Made by a program: the position numbers and the translations under genes | Part shown: positions 1-14,700 of the stretch, piece by piece | Numbering within the stretch: the stretch's first letter is position 1 | How the letters are laid out: each line of letters begins with the position of its first letter | Origin: Balanoglossus misakiensis | Taxonomy: Eukaryota > Animalia > Hemichordata | Direction: 5' to 3' | Assembly: GCA_040954595.2 (NCBI GenBank) | Contig: CM082594.2 | Location: 9,428,296-9,492,295, forward strand | DNA length: 64,000 nucleotides | The notes under the pieces: generated by a model | The model's database searches: none | The model's input: only the letters and a program-made list of their open reading frames with translations | Told to the model about the DNA's origin: nothing

Positions 1-3000
1 AATCAGTGCTTGGATCCACTCTATAGAAAATTCATTAGAAAACTCCGCTTTTAAAATCCCATCTCCCATTCGAAAATGTAAAATGCAACCCTATCTGACA
101 TTTCTAGAAACGTCATAAAGAAATTAACAGAAATTGAATTTTTATTATTAATACGTCATAATTTTTATTCTTTCAATTCGTGGAAACGATTCCACCATGT
201 ATCACGACGTCTGAATTTACATCGAATATGCTTTTCAATTTATAGCCAATACATTTGTCCCTTCCGCGGATGTTATCAGTTGTAAGAAAAAAGAAATGAG
301 AAATTCAATTTGGTGTTATGACCCTCCTGAAGTAGCGCCACAAATCGACAACACGAAAGCAATATGTCATGGGTCCTTGACAGACCAATGGCAACAATCA
401 GCGAAAATGACACGCCGCGTTTGTTGGATTGGCTTTCTGGGAGAAACATCGATTTCTTCAGCGCTGAACACGGACAATATAGTCATTGATTACTAGACGT
501 TGATCAACTTACTGAGAACCATCAAATAATATGAGTTATTATAATGGTCCAGAATTTCAAATCAGCATGGTGCAGACACAAGACTGCGTAAATAACTTCA
601 GAATGACGGTTATATTGTTGAAGAATCATTTGCGCAAAGGTCAGGCAAATTTGCTCGTCATTTCCTGATGACTGGCTCCCGCTGTGACGTCACGCCCTAA
701 CCTGACAAGCAAGTGCGGGCATGTGGCTAAGCGCTGTCAATGTATGGGTCAACAATGTCTGATCAGTAATGGGGGATTGGTGAGCAGAGAAACAACCAAC
801 AAAAGTTACTTTTGAACGCGCTGAGTCAAATTTGTAATAACTTAATTTTCGGTTCTTGATTTCCGGAGCATCAAGACCTCTTGCTATTCATTGTTCCATG
901 GAGATTGGAACACATGTAACCTCTTTTCTTCACATCTCGTCTTGTCGTCGCGAAACACGTTATTATTGTAGTACATCACACTTTTAAAAAAAACTAAGAT
1001 AATACAATCTACTTTACTCAGTTCAGCGAAGCAATTTCTCTCCGATTTACTTTCTCCTCAACTAAAGTAAATCAAAGGAACATCTGCCTCTTGTCTGCAA
1101 AGATTTGTATTGAGTGAACGTTGCCTGGGGCAACCACGACCAATTGAATCTCGGGAGACAAACCCGGCGACAAGGTAATGCATTTATCGGCGTTCCCGGG
1201 ATTCAAAACGTTTACATGTTTCAGCTTTCAGTAAATGTCCCCGCAGACGAACAAATCGTCTATGATCACCGAGCTGGCTTCAAAACAGAAGTATTTGCAA
1301 TCTTTCCAAATCTGCCGTATTGGCAGTATGTGGCCCATCGAACAGGTTACTTCTACCCTCCCTTGAACAGCACTGGATTGTGACTGTTAATTCTCAAACG
1401 ACTCGTATCGGGGCATCGGTGCGTAAAGATGGACAGGGTTTTGATCATAGAACATAAGCATGGCGAATAATCACATCAAATATTACCTAGGTATCCCTAC
1501 ATGCGATGATGTAACTTGTTTTCCATGTGAAGAAATCTCTTAATGCGATCTAACGAGGAATTCTTTGCTAGATTATTAAGTTATCCTTACTCTCTTTGTA
1601 CACAATTACTCATTTAAGAGTCGGAATAATTACACTCATCATTGTTACGATGCAATAGTTACTTGATATGGCGACTTGGCGAGCGATCAAAGTTGACTTA
1701 TAAATGGAAAATTCCAATCCCCTTGGTTTCTGTTTAACTTTGAAGTACAGGATTTGACAAGGGGGTTCAAGTTGTTGAGAGATCACGCATTGTTCAGTTT
1801 CTTTACATCCATTCCTATTTGCGTGTTTTTTAGTCACGTGACCAAGGCCACATCTGGTCAGTGACCAGTATTGTTCGCGCAATTTCAGTGGGCCAATCAG
1901 ACAACCCTGGCCACGTGCCCAGTGTCTTCTTCACACGTAACACGCGTTGTTACACGAACAAGTTTGGAAACGAGACACACGTCACGTCAAAACTACTTCG
2001 TACTCTTCCCTAAAGTGACTGCAGACATTTCTACGGGGAGCCGTGAAGCGCAGGAAAATGATCGTGACAAATTGGTAGACTATTGATCACGTGATTTATG
2101 TCTAAACAATGATAATACTAGTACAACATATAAGATGCTATTAGAACAATACCCTTAATGCAGTTTCTATCGTATAGCTCTTGATGTCCTGCAAGTAGAG
2201 GATCTGTTCAGATGCAGTAAATCTTTCATGTTTTATCTTCAAAGAATTATGCATCATAACATCTTCCATCTTTTATATTATCTAGTCACGTGCGTCTTTT
2301 CACGTACAATTTATTTGGCTTGGATCTCAAGCCACATGCCCCGCAATTTCGAAGAGCAGTTTCTTTTTAGCAATCATTGCTGGGTAATTTTCTCCCACTC
2401 ACTGGTCGCGCTTCATATAGTAGTCAAGAACTCAAAGAGGCAAATGTAAGTACACATTATTTTGGTAGTCGAAAACCAGACCGGAGATGACTCGATAACG
2501 TTCAATGGGGTTGACCTTTTAGCACTCACTATACTCGATATAAATGTACATTACAGTCGATGCAAGTAAGGGCTGTGGTTCACTTTGTTATTGCTCTGAA
2601 AGGTAAATATGTAATCTAAGTGTGCACACGTGTATCTCTTCAATAGTTCTACTGCTGGTTCAACAATGCACCACGGTCCACGCGTACAGATTAGTCGCAA
2701 AGGACAAGTTCGTCGCATATGTAATACGCACGTCACGCATTTCAGGCGAGTACGTGTATAACTGGACAGCGTGTAGAACATAAACGGCTGTGTTTTTAAT
2801 ATTATATTATGATATAAATAGCTTTTACATTTCTTTATCAATGCAGAATGTAGTGCAACTGCCAGAAAACGGACAAATATGCTGTGTGTCTGCACATCCA
2901 TAAACCATTGAAATATACTGCATCAATGGGAGTTTTCGACTCTATGTACGCGCTGAGCCTCGCGGCTATCGTTAGTCCCTGTGATGGATTAGACAGTGGA

Positions 3001-5488
3001 TGTACAATACGATAGGACAACCATGCTTAGACATTCTGTTGCCTTTGTCTGACTGTACTCAAACCCTAACACAACACTATTCTATACTTCGCAATAACGA
3101 CAGAAAGATGTGCAAACCATGAAACCATGCCAGGTTCTTCGAAAAGAGTGAGGCATCCTGCCCCGCATTAGGGTCAGTCTACTCGACAGAAAAAAGGCAA
3201 ATAAACCCTCCAATGGTACGTCTTTTTGCAATCAGCCATCTAGCGCGGCATTATGATATGTCAATGAAACACAAATCGACAAGAACGGAGCATAGTTCGT
3301 CCTCCGGGAAAAATATATTATAAGATATATTAATGCGATCTCACCATGAACTGTATTAGGGCACATCTTGTTTAATCCCAATTTTTATTCGACGCCTATG
3401 TAAAAATTCAGGCTAAATTTAAATCAAGATGTTATCAAAGGCTGGGAAATTAGGCGATCTGAAACACTAGTCGATAAGTTCCCCTGAAAATTTTACAAGA
3501 GATAGACTTGTATGTAAAGGGGTTGAATTTTAATCACATATATCACCTTACGTTGAAGCATAGGGTTTTGTTTCTCTAGGGTCTGTGGTTGAAGTAAAGT
3601 ATTCATGCATGTCGGATGTACAAAATGATTTATCAGTCGCGTAAAAAAGTCGGCTGACATGTTTAAAACTATGATTCTCGTTTAATTGGGAGTATTTTTG
3701 TTTCGATGTGTCTTCTAATTTCTGCGTGGACTTGTGTGAATCTCATTTGCGAAGAAAAGAAAAAATTGCCATCTTCTTTTAGTACATGTAGACTCATGAA
3801 GCTCCGTAAAGAACTCATCACGTCGGAAAATTCCACGGTGGCACGGGAAGTAGGTTATGAGCGAATAATGGCTATTCTCAACCTTACAGCTTTGTTTTAT
3901 TTGTTCAGCTTAGCTTTTTCTGAACGCGGTTCTCACTGCGGCGCATTAGCCAAATCTCATAATGGTCCCAAATCTGTCTCTCCTGCCAATCACGGTGACG
4001 TCAGCTCTTCAATTAGCATATTTACATGTATACGATGGTATGGGTGACTCAGAATGGATCTTAGCTAAGTGTGGCGTCAAATGTATCGGAATTCATGATT
4101 GGCCTTGCGTCTTCGTTGGTATTAAAGTGTTCTGAAAACAGCCATTACTGGTTTAGGAAAAGTGATGGAGGTGAAAATGTCAGAGATGGTGTTGACCTCA
4201 TTGACACGAACGACATGATGATCGAGTGTTCTCTTGAAAGTTAAGAGCCTTCTTGTCCCGTTGTATCGTAGTAACATTGTCACGAGAGAAACATTAAAAT
4301 TCAAAGAATGAGTGGAACATGAAAAAATGTTTGCTGATGTTTGAAAATGTTAGCTCAAAGAGTTCCGTTACATTACACTCGAAGTTCTATCGGAAAAGCA
4401 AATAATATTAATTGGCATGTATATCGCAAAGTTTAAATAACGGAAATGATTCTTTTTAAAATCTGTCAGTGAATAAATAATTGAAAAAATTGCTAATTTG
4501 AAAACCAAAAATTCTGAACAGGTCCCATAAATTTGAAAGGCTACTGTATTGCCATACAATCTCTATTGAACTTCTCAGACATCTTGACATGAGGTTGGTC
4601 ATGTGATTAGCGGGACGGCACCACCAATTACATACATTGATTTTCTGACTCACATGATTAAATTTGTAGTTTTCTCCTTTGAAACGGGTACACAATCACG
4701 TGTCATACTCGTTCTATGACGTAGCTGAAACGACAAATCTGCAATTGATATTTAACTTTGGGCTATTCGGGGCCACCGCTTCCTATTGGATAACAGACAG
4801 AGGTAACAACTATCTTTGCCGTATATGGCCATTTCGGATGGATTTCCATGAATGGTGTGCTCTGCGCTTGTCTTTAATGAGTAACACTCTCTTCGTTTGC
4901 GTTTTTCATGACGTCGCATAATTTTCTTCAATTACTGCATTGATTCTGTGTGTATTGTCACCAAGCAGCTGTACAGCTTCTTGGGTGTAGAATCGATGGA
5001 AGGTCAATTATCTCCCAAGCCCATGGCAGTATGGAAACTTCCCATCTCCTTTCTTCTATCGACTCCCTAACTTACTCATAATCCAACTTACCGACAGCCC
5101 TTAAAACCAAGTATCATTCTACCGATTTTCATCTAAAATTTAAGTAAAATCCCTTTTTTTCACATACCCACAAGGAACGACTTCGTTTGTCGTAGTTAGC
5201 GTAAAAGACCAAATTTGACTCCACGAAAACGCGGATGATTTGAAAAATAAAGTGATAACAGTAATCAACCATGGTAAATATGACATTCCTAACACGTTGC
5301 CTTTTACTTAAATATTCATAGGATAGAAAGAAGCACTCTTGTGCCATTTTTTCTGGGGCACGACGAACGTTCTAGTTTGGTTGATGAACTTGTTATCTCA
5401 ACGATAGTTGAGAGCGTGTCTCTAAACAAACGACGACGAATCGCAATACTTGAATAATTTGTGACCATCTATGTCTCAATACAAGTCC

Positions 5489-5556
5489 ATTTGCATATTC
5501 ATGAGTTTCATGACGTCACACTTTGCTTCCATGGGTACGGATGTCATGTATTTATA
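5489..5556 (+). promoter_or_regulatory. Candidate GAD proximal promoter: octamer/POU site, full CRE and TATA-like box
   Basis: ATTTGCAT at 5489-5496 (within ATTTGCATATTCAT), TGACGTCA at 5511-5518 and TATTTATA at 5549-5556, 170-240 bp upstream of the GAD ATG at 5726. Function is inferred from motif and position only. Confidence 0.5.
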
Positions 5557-5725
5557 TGTAAGTACATCATGGTCTTTGAAACCTAACCATTCCCCGACAA
5601 GACAGAATCGAGTTCCATACTCAATTTTGGCGGAAACTCACAGAACCAGTACACACCAAAGACAGCAACGACATCACCACTCGAAATTTTCTCCGAAAAG
5701 TTAAATTTCACACCTTCTGACTATC

Positions 5726-8700
5726 ATGTCTTTCGACCTAGGTTTGGATTACGAGGTGGAATCGGAGAAAAATGTAGTGCTCATCACGAATGATTTGCGA
5801 CGGGGTAAGATGAACCTGAATGGATCCAGCAAAGTCCACCAGTCGAATTTCTATCGAAACGACAGCAATGAATGCCAAGAACACGACCCATCCAGATCGA
5901 ACAAGACTGACTTCAGTACACTTTACGCAAAGGGTAAGTCAAATCTTGACTAGGCTCTCGTCAGTTTTATTATCTTCATATTCACGAATTCATCTGGAGT
6001 GGAATAAATGTCCACGTTTGTATTCTGTTGCGAAATAACATCAATACTACCAGAGTGTTTTACGTTGCGTCTATGTGGACATCTGTTACCCGTCTGCTCT
6101 TGTAATGGAAGTTAAACATCGAACATTGTTTTGCAATCGAGCAAAACGACGCATTGCCTTTTCTTGATGCTAATTTGATAAACCCTGATCAAATGACCTT
6201 AATTACATTAAGTTTTGAATGCTCTCATTTGGATAGTTGCGGAAATCTGATTGATAAGATGCGCTCAATTTAATGACGCTTTCAATTGCCTCTGCTTTCA
6301 ACAATTCAGGGCCAGCTTTTCATTCTGAATTATCATTTATATCGCAGAACACATATGCTATATTTTATCTGGTTTGTGGTATTAAACCTGGTCCAGTTTG
6401 CTTAAAGGTTGCCATTTTTTCTGGGTTCAGATTATATCATCTGCACCACACAATCATTGCAAAATACGACTGCACCACAGAACTTCAGAAGGACAATTCT
6501 GAGAAGATTTTTAATATCCTCACGATGTTTTTAATGTGCGTTTTATGTTTTGGATTTATGGTAAGATCAAATGATATTCTGGTCTTTTAGTTCAAAACAA
6601 TAAAACTTGATTCATGTGTTTTCACAGTGACAGTTCGCAATATAAATTTGGCCTAAATTGATAACATTTTGATCGGATTTTTCACGGGAAAATCAAGTAG
6701 TTCTCCGTGTAAAATGGTATGTGGTCAGCTCCGCACGTATCCCACCGCGTCAAAGACATCTATGTTAGCCATTTGCTTTGAATTGAATAAACTTTCCCCC
6801 GAGTGATAAAACGAATTATCGAGTTGACGGCAAGGGAGTGAACTTGATTGCTGAGCACGGCGTATTTCTTGTCGTGACCATATAACGACGAGTCGTTACA
6901 AGTGCTGAATGAAAACGCGATTCACAAGACGGCCATTCGGAGCTGGTTTTATTGGGCACGTACTTTAATAAATATCTTGTTACTGTCCAACGCCTCGCAG
7001 TATTGCAATCATCACTAAAAATCAAGATTCGTGACTATTGCTGATGCGTTTTAAATTTCGAATACTAGCTTGATTTGCTGGTGAAGATGGCTACGTGGCT
7101 CTATCAGTCTCGATGCACGCAAGACTTCAATGTTCCAAGCTCGTTTCATCTCCGCTTCCATTTCAACTGTACGTGTTGTATTAATAGTCACTGCCGAGCT
7201 TCCTTTCATTTTCAAAGATGTTGAGTCTGCGAGTTTTGCTCAAATTACGTGTTACTGTTTAATGTCGTCCACACGAACACATTCTGTCGTGTTCGCTCTA
7301 ATTGTCTAGTAACAAGGCGGTGGTGTTTTTCAAAGAATGGAGACCTTTTACAACGGGTAGAGGGGTTATTTAAATACTAGGGCGAAAACAACTGGTAACA
7401 CACAAGCTTTAAAGTATTAAAATCTTTGTTTTTCACCAGAAAAATAACAAATTATCCAAAATAGGTCTGGTCCAATTCAACTCAGAAGTTACCACAGTTG
7501 GTACACGTTAATCTGAAATCAACATCACAAATTAAACGTTGTTTACTGAGATGATGTGCAAGCAGATGCAAGTAACCTTTCTGTTGGCAAGTACAGGTGT
7601 TCCTTCCACAAAGAGAGCTAACACGCAGATCGTAAAACCTTCAATTACAACAATCAGGAAACCAGCGCAGAAACGCTCAGTAGTGTAAGATATAGGCCTA
7701 AACAACCTGTTATTGACAATCGCCAATCAAGGAAAATGATGATCGGTAGAGTCGCAGTTGTCGGAGGATCACAGGAAGCTTGAACTGAATCGCGGAAAAT
7801 TCTTGTTTCTCATTCATCTGAGAGGGAAAGCCATACGCCGCAAAATTCGCCAATGACACATTTCAATGACACGCAACTGAGCTCAACCTGACGTAATAAA
7901 TGCATACACACTATTAGTTTCAAGGGAAAACAGCCACTTGTGTTTCACGACAGATAGTCATCTTTATGTCTCGCTAAAATGTTTGATACAAAATTATCAC
8001 ATTCAGAATCTACAGTTATTACCGACAGCAATCGATGAGAGATAGAAAAAAGACGGGGAACTTAAGTTTATCAACAATAATGCCCCGTGGGGATTGAGTC
8101 AATGTACCAGCTCACCGCTTTGGGATTTCACGTCATCTCTCGAATGTTTAGAGCTGCAGTTAAGAGGTCTGAATGCTAAATTTCTGTGATAGAAGGAGAG
8201 GGGTAAGCAATTTTGCACCAGTTCTGTCATGTATGTTTGATCTCAGAAGTTGCTTATCTGGGAAATATGCACAGGTTGTGTGTAGGCTCGTTCGCAGTAA
8301 ATCATTTGGATTTGAGTCAGGAAAACGAGAGAAGTTTGAACCAAAGCACCTGTAAATATATGTAATGCAGTCGTCTAGTATAACCATGGGAATTTTTTAT
8401 GAGCTGTCTAATTTATATGCAAACAGAATGATTCCTCAGATTGTGCCGGGTACAAATGTACTTCACCTCGTACCTGCATGCAGACAGTTATCAAGATAAC
8501 ATTCGAATCGATGGACACAAATTGAACGAAGACAAGAATATTCAAATCTCAAACGTCACCCTTGAGTGTCTGTGATCAAACATTTTCGTTGCCTTGTCAC
8601 CATCGGCGCCCCATCACAGTGAGATAAGTTTTCAAAACTTCACTGCATTGCTTATCGAGGAGTTTTGACAAACGTGAGATAGAGCCTAAGCTGTCCATCA

Positions 8701-11700
8701 TAAAACAATCGGATACGCTCATCACCTGGCCAGGTGACTGTTAAGTAAAGCTCCGTTTGAAATCAGAGCTATCACTTGGGAGCTTTCAGGAACACGATTA
8801 GAATTTTTCTGAGATATTTGCCTACGAAACAATTAAATGTGTACAAAACGAGACAGATTTGTTGAAATTTGGGAAAAAGTATTTTCTGCCATTGTTCGAT
8901 AAACACAAAATGAAAGTGGCTCCAATCGTGTTTTGCCCACAAAATTCTAGTGATTTATTGAAGGCACATTACATCCATCGATTCATCAAACTATCATAAA
9001 GCCATACATCAAACTCCGACCCCCAACCTAGGTTTCAGAATATTCTGTAAACGCACAACTCATAATTTAGTGTCCGTATTCTGTAGAGAAGGAGCTATTT
9101 ATTAGTGCCTTGCTCTGGATGACAAGCCGTTCATTCAATTGATTTCGTAATGTGTAATTAGCAAATTGTAAATCAATTTTATTGGACCTTGAGTTGTCTG
9201 GCTTTTAAATAAGACTGATTTATTTGTGGATTAAATTGTGATTATACATCAATCAGAGTTGTTGTGATTCACGTTCAAGATGATCTAGTTAAAGGTGAAT
9301 CCAGAGAAGAAGAAGAAACTGTCGGAGAAATAAATAACTGTTGTTTGAACTATGCAGAGCTTGGCATCGCTAGGCGGATCCTGCTGGAGATCCCTTTCCG
9401 CCAATCGGGCGCTTCCTTTTCCTTCCCCCAATCAAAATGAAAGCGCCCGATAAAATGTAGCAGTTAGTATTTACTATTACGTTCGCTTGAAGTCGAATTG
9501 CAACTTTTCGGAATTTTTCCGCTCAGTTCTGCTTTAGTCGTTGAGTTGTCAACATGTCTACTCCAGCAATGAAACGTGCTCTTTACCACGTGTATCCTGT
9601 CGGAGTCAGACTCTTAGCAACCATGTTCATCTAAATACCACGACAGAAACCGAAGTTTTTATATGGAAAAAGGAAAGATAGGCAAAAGTCAGAGTTACTA
9701 AGGCTTTATAATACTTCTCAACTTTTCTTTTTCAGATATTCTGCCGAATGGATCAGCCGACCTAACGGAACAATTCCTGTTGAACGTTGTGGAGCAACTG
9801 ATTGTGTATATCAAACAAGAACAAGTACACGACAGTAAAATCCTGGATTTCCACCAACCCCAAGAACTTCGAGACAAACTCCAGCTTGAAATACCGGACA
9901 AAGCCGTCTCGCTTGAACAGTTACTGACCGACTGCAGGGAAACACTCAAATTTTGTGTCCGAACAGGTTAGTGTCTAGCTGTGGTTCGCAGCTGTACCGT
10001 TGGGGGGGGGGGGGGGGGGGGGTAATCAGCCCCCCCCCCCCCACCAACAGTACAGCCTCTTACCACAGCTAGTTGGTGTCGTGACAATTTCGAAATGGAC
10101 ATTTTAGTTTTCGAAAACACTTGGGTTATATGTAGCCAACTTTAGCTTTCAGAAAAACACTGATTTTGCGGCGTTGTATGTTTGAATTCCAAAGCTTGCG
10201 TCAAAAACCAGCGGGATTATATTTTGTTCAATGCTGAGATTAACTTAAGGAAGAGAATATTTATCTAGTTGTAAATTCCAATCCGATAGTTAGCTTTCAG
10301 GAAATAGTGTACACTGGAACAATTCTTTCCAATACAATACGTTTCGATGACAACATAGTCCAGGGGATTTCGAATTTAAAGTCTGCAATTGACAAGGGAG
10401 TGGTCAAGTTAATTGGACTAAGTCGTGCAATGTGGAATGTGTCACGGCGTAAAATTGAGGCAAGACAGGAAATTACTTTAAATGTGGAAACCCCTTTTTT
10501 TATTAAAGGACAACATATGTGTGTCTACAATACACGCATGCGTTGACTGACAGTATCAGTTCCGAAGATATTTTCGGTTTTGGTGATATGAAAATATGTG
10601 TACAAGAAAATATAGGGGAAGCTAGGAATTAGCGAAGTGTGCCTGGAAAGTAGAACACATTGACAATCGTACGGGTCTGCATGAAATCCTTTTATATTCG
10701 CGACGAGAAATCGATCATAAAATGATAAACTCAACATAGGGACACGCCCACGGACGCCTCATTAGTTCGATTCAGTGCGGTGCTTGTATTAAGCGGAGGT
10801 TTTTGTTGGATTGAAGCTAAGTGCGTTCAAACTAAAATCTCGCCGCTCTCGCGGGAATCGTCCTACTCACAACAAAACAACTGTGCGTACAGCCTTTCTG
10901 AACTACAAAACTCTTGAGACTCGCGCTAACATGTTAACTACAAATGGAAGAAGAGCTGGACCCCAGTAATCACTCCGTTCGTCTATCTAGAGTTGACATT
11001 TCCATAATGCAGTGTCAATTATCTGCGTTAAGCTTGCCTCTAATTCACAACGCGTGCCTGAAATTGATCCAGCGCCGTTGGTCATATAGCTTATGACAAT
11101 TTTGACACAACTCCTCAGGCGTATTTGATTGTGTTGCAATTCAGTTTAATGCAGCTCTAGGATATTTTATGTATCGATTCACTTTTAAATTTGGAACACA
11201 TGTACAGCACATCAATGCACTGCAAAGTAAATCAATTGTCAACAGCAAAACAGATGACACTTTTATTTCATTAAAACTGAATTGTGACAGAACGTTTGAA
11301 GAAATCGTTTTGGTGACCCGGATGGACAACGTGTTTAGTTGAATTTGCATATCTGTACTAAAGCTTTAGCATTTTTAAATGCACATCTATCCCGGAGTGT
11401 TTTAGCAACCCACGCTTTGTATTGCTAAATCGGCCACGTCACTTGGAGACCCATTTCCTGGCAAATCAAGATTATTGCGAGAGCATTGTCATTCACTTAA
11501 ACGCGAACATCTGAATCAAGTTCGCGAGAACGCGACTAATCACAGAGATTTCTAACCGCAATACGGTAGCACTAGATCATTTTTGCGACAATCTGTCACC
11601 GATATTTAGATACGGCAAGTAACAAAATCGAACGGTGTAACCCCAAGGACATTATTAGATTTGTGTACTTTGCTACTGAAGCTAGCGGGGATAGTAAATA

Positions 11701-14700
11701 GTAAAGGAAACGATTAGTTGGAAACGAACCACGCATTGCTAAGTGAATATATTGATTCTTGTGTCAATAAAAGTTTCTATAAACACAAATATCATGACGA
11801 GTCATAAAAAGCCTGAATCAATCAAGACCCCAGTGCAAATACTTTAAATGTCGATTTCTATCTGTCAGGAGGAGAAAATTTATAATCAAGGTTTGCTGAT
11901 ATGCTCAGAATAAGAGCTTGTCATCCTTAGTGTTCATGCGCGTAATTACGCTTTGACAAGTTGAAATACACTTTGAGGAGTATTAACATACCGAATGGCT
12001 CTTTTTACTTCAAAACAAACTTTCACATAGGTTTGCTTATATTACAGGACAGCAACATGAGGTTAATTATACGCGCAGATGTATTTATTTATATAACCCC
12101 TATTGACAACAAATATAAACCTCTTGATATGAACCACAGGAAATGTGGAGGAAAGAACTCTTTCCGTTGAACTATCAACAATAAATGACGTCATAGTGAC
12201 CGTTTGCATTGCATTTTTTGTAGGACATCCTCGTTTCTTCAATCAACTATCAAGTGGCTTAGATATTCTCTCGTTGGCTGGAGAATGGCTAACTGCAGCA
12301 GTCAACACAAATATGTAAGTCTTTCCACAAAATCGTTATCTTTTGTAGCGGCCGTCCCACGCATAATCCCACCATCCCTACACGCATGCAGCCTTACACA
12401 CAAAACTTATACACCATACAATACTGGAACGTTTCTGTATTTGTATAGTACGCGAACATACACTACAGCTGACACGTTTGTGTCCATCTACTGTGAGACT
12501 GAAGCCTTCTTTTTTAACTGAATGCCAGTTTATTTGCATAATTTTAGTCATTTACTCGTTTTGATACTCGTGGATGGGTAAGCCGAGATGAGGGAGGAAA
12601 ATGCTGTACACAACCTTTTTGTTGGTTATGGCTTTGCTGTGCACGTTGGCTGAAGGAACGCAAGTTTTGATTTGTACATGAGATGGGTGGTTTGACGTTG
12701 TTTGTACAGCTCATTACTGCTAGAAAAATCTGAGACCGATAATCTACACGGTCACTGAACGATCGTTATCGTCTCAGCGGGATAAACTTAATAGATGTAA
12801 CTCACGTACGGCCAAGGAATGAGAATGCTCGGATGACCTGTGTTTGAATGGCAATGTGACCTTTGTTTGAGAATTATGAACGGAAGTTCGAGTTCGCTTC
12901 AATTAAACTCTTCATCCGTCTAACTATTGACTAAATCCTGTTTCATGACGCGTCACATTTCCTTGGAAAACATGCAGAGTTGAAAGTAAGACTTGCAAAG
13001 CAAATCAAAGTGACCGTGTCCACCCATTGCGCATACTCAAGGATTATTTTCATGTAAACAAAACCAGCACCATAAACTTTGCTGTGGCTCTACAGGAAGG
13101 ACATGAAAAAAGGCCAAACTGAGAATAAATGCCAATGGACGTATACCGCACACATGTGTACCCAAAATTCCAGTCCAAGTCAGAGCAAAGACTTGTCAAT
13201 ATCAGTACATGTATAAATATTAGTGCGTTTATGACAGCCATTTATTATTTACAGGCATGTCAATAATTGAAAAATTTATTATAAAATATTGATTATGTCC
13301 TTCTTGACTAAATGTCTTCAGTAACTATTATTTTTGGCACTCATCTTAATATTAATATTAAATCATCGTCTATGTTCAGACAAATTGTACCTTAAGGCCT
13401 CTCTCTCTCCCGTTGTCACCTACTTAAAAATCTCACCGTCAGAAAAAATTGGTGTTAACGTTATAAAAATTTTAGTCAAACAAGTCAAACATGCTATGAT
13501 GGTGTTACTTGCCAGTAACATAGCCACTCTCTTTCTACTGCGTATGGTTGCAACAACATAACACAAAGCTCACCTATATACCCACAGATCATTCAGATGA
13601 CGTCATATGATATAACTCATGATCACTTAATGTTTTCTCCTTACCACATGATCCAGGTCATCCTGACATCTATACGATAGTCACTGCGTAATCCAGAAGT
13701 CACCCCATTATATAAACAAATTAATACTAGTAGAAACCAGTGACTGCGCATTGACCTGATAATCATCACATCACTATTTTTATGTCTTCTCAAACAATAA
13801 CCTCAGCAATCCCATGTCACAACCTCAATACAGCGACATAGATTCAAAGTTTGACGTGCATCTTGTTTGACAGTTTAAATCCTGCAATATCTGTGCTGTG
13901 AACATCTATACTTGTTATCCCGCAGATAACCCATATCATTCTATATCCTCGTTACTTTTTACTACACCGTGGCCAAGTAGACATTATTGGTGTCATAATT
14001 TCAAGTGTTTTGTTTTTCCCTTTTCCAGATTTACTTACGAAATAGCACCAGTGTTCACTTTAATGGAACGAGTCACCTTAAAGAAAATGAGAGACATAAT
14101 TGGATTTGAAGACGGTGATGGAATATTTGCCCCAGGTAAAGAATCGCAGTGTATTGATTATTCTCAAAAACCGAAGAATGTATGCAAACAAATACAACAT
14201 ATCCGGAAGCTTTATTAAACTATTGAGAGAGTTATCGAACTCGTTCGAACTGATAAACATGTGTACGCTACTTTGATAAAACTCTTCAGAAGAGATCATT
14301 GTAACCCTTCAAAATTTTACGCAAAACAGTTGCATATATGAAAACGATTTCATGCAGTTAATAATAAGATCCCTGAAGATCTATGACTAAATTCATCAAA
14401 GCGCGAACAGCTATCGCTGAAAGCTTTTCTGGAGACTCTAAACGCAGCTGGACTCGGCGTAACCAGGAAACCCTTTGTTGCTAGGCTGCGTTGTCTTGAG
14501 TGTGGAACCACGGTATGTTGGGAACACTTCACAGTTTATTAGTCAGGAGAGGGTAGAAGAGATTAGAAACATGGGCCCTTGAGAAAAGTTTCTCGAGAGT
14601 CTATCTCAGACTGGAGAATCGGTAGAGAAGGCAAGTAGACCCACTTAACATGAACACTGAGCGGCCAAAATATCACTTTACTATGTGAAAGTTAAATCGC

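Noticed and set aside
296-5347. Many 60-116 aa ORFs upstream of GAD
   Set aside because: No recognisable domains, no consistent exon chain and random-looking composition, as expected by chance in intergenic DNA.
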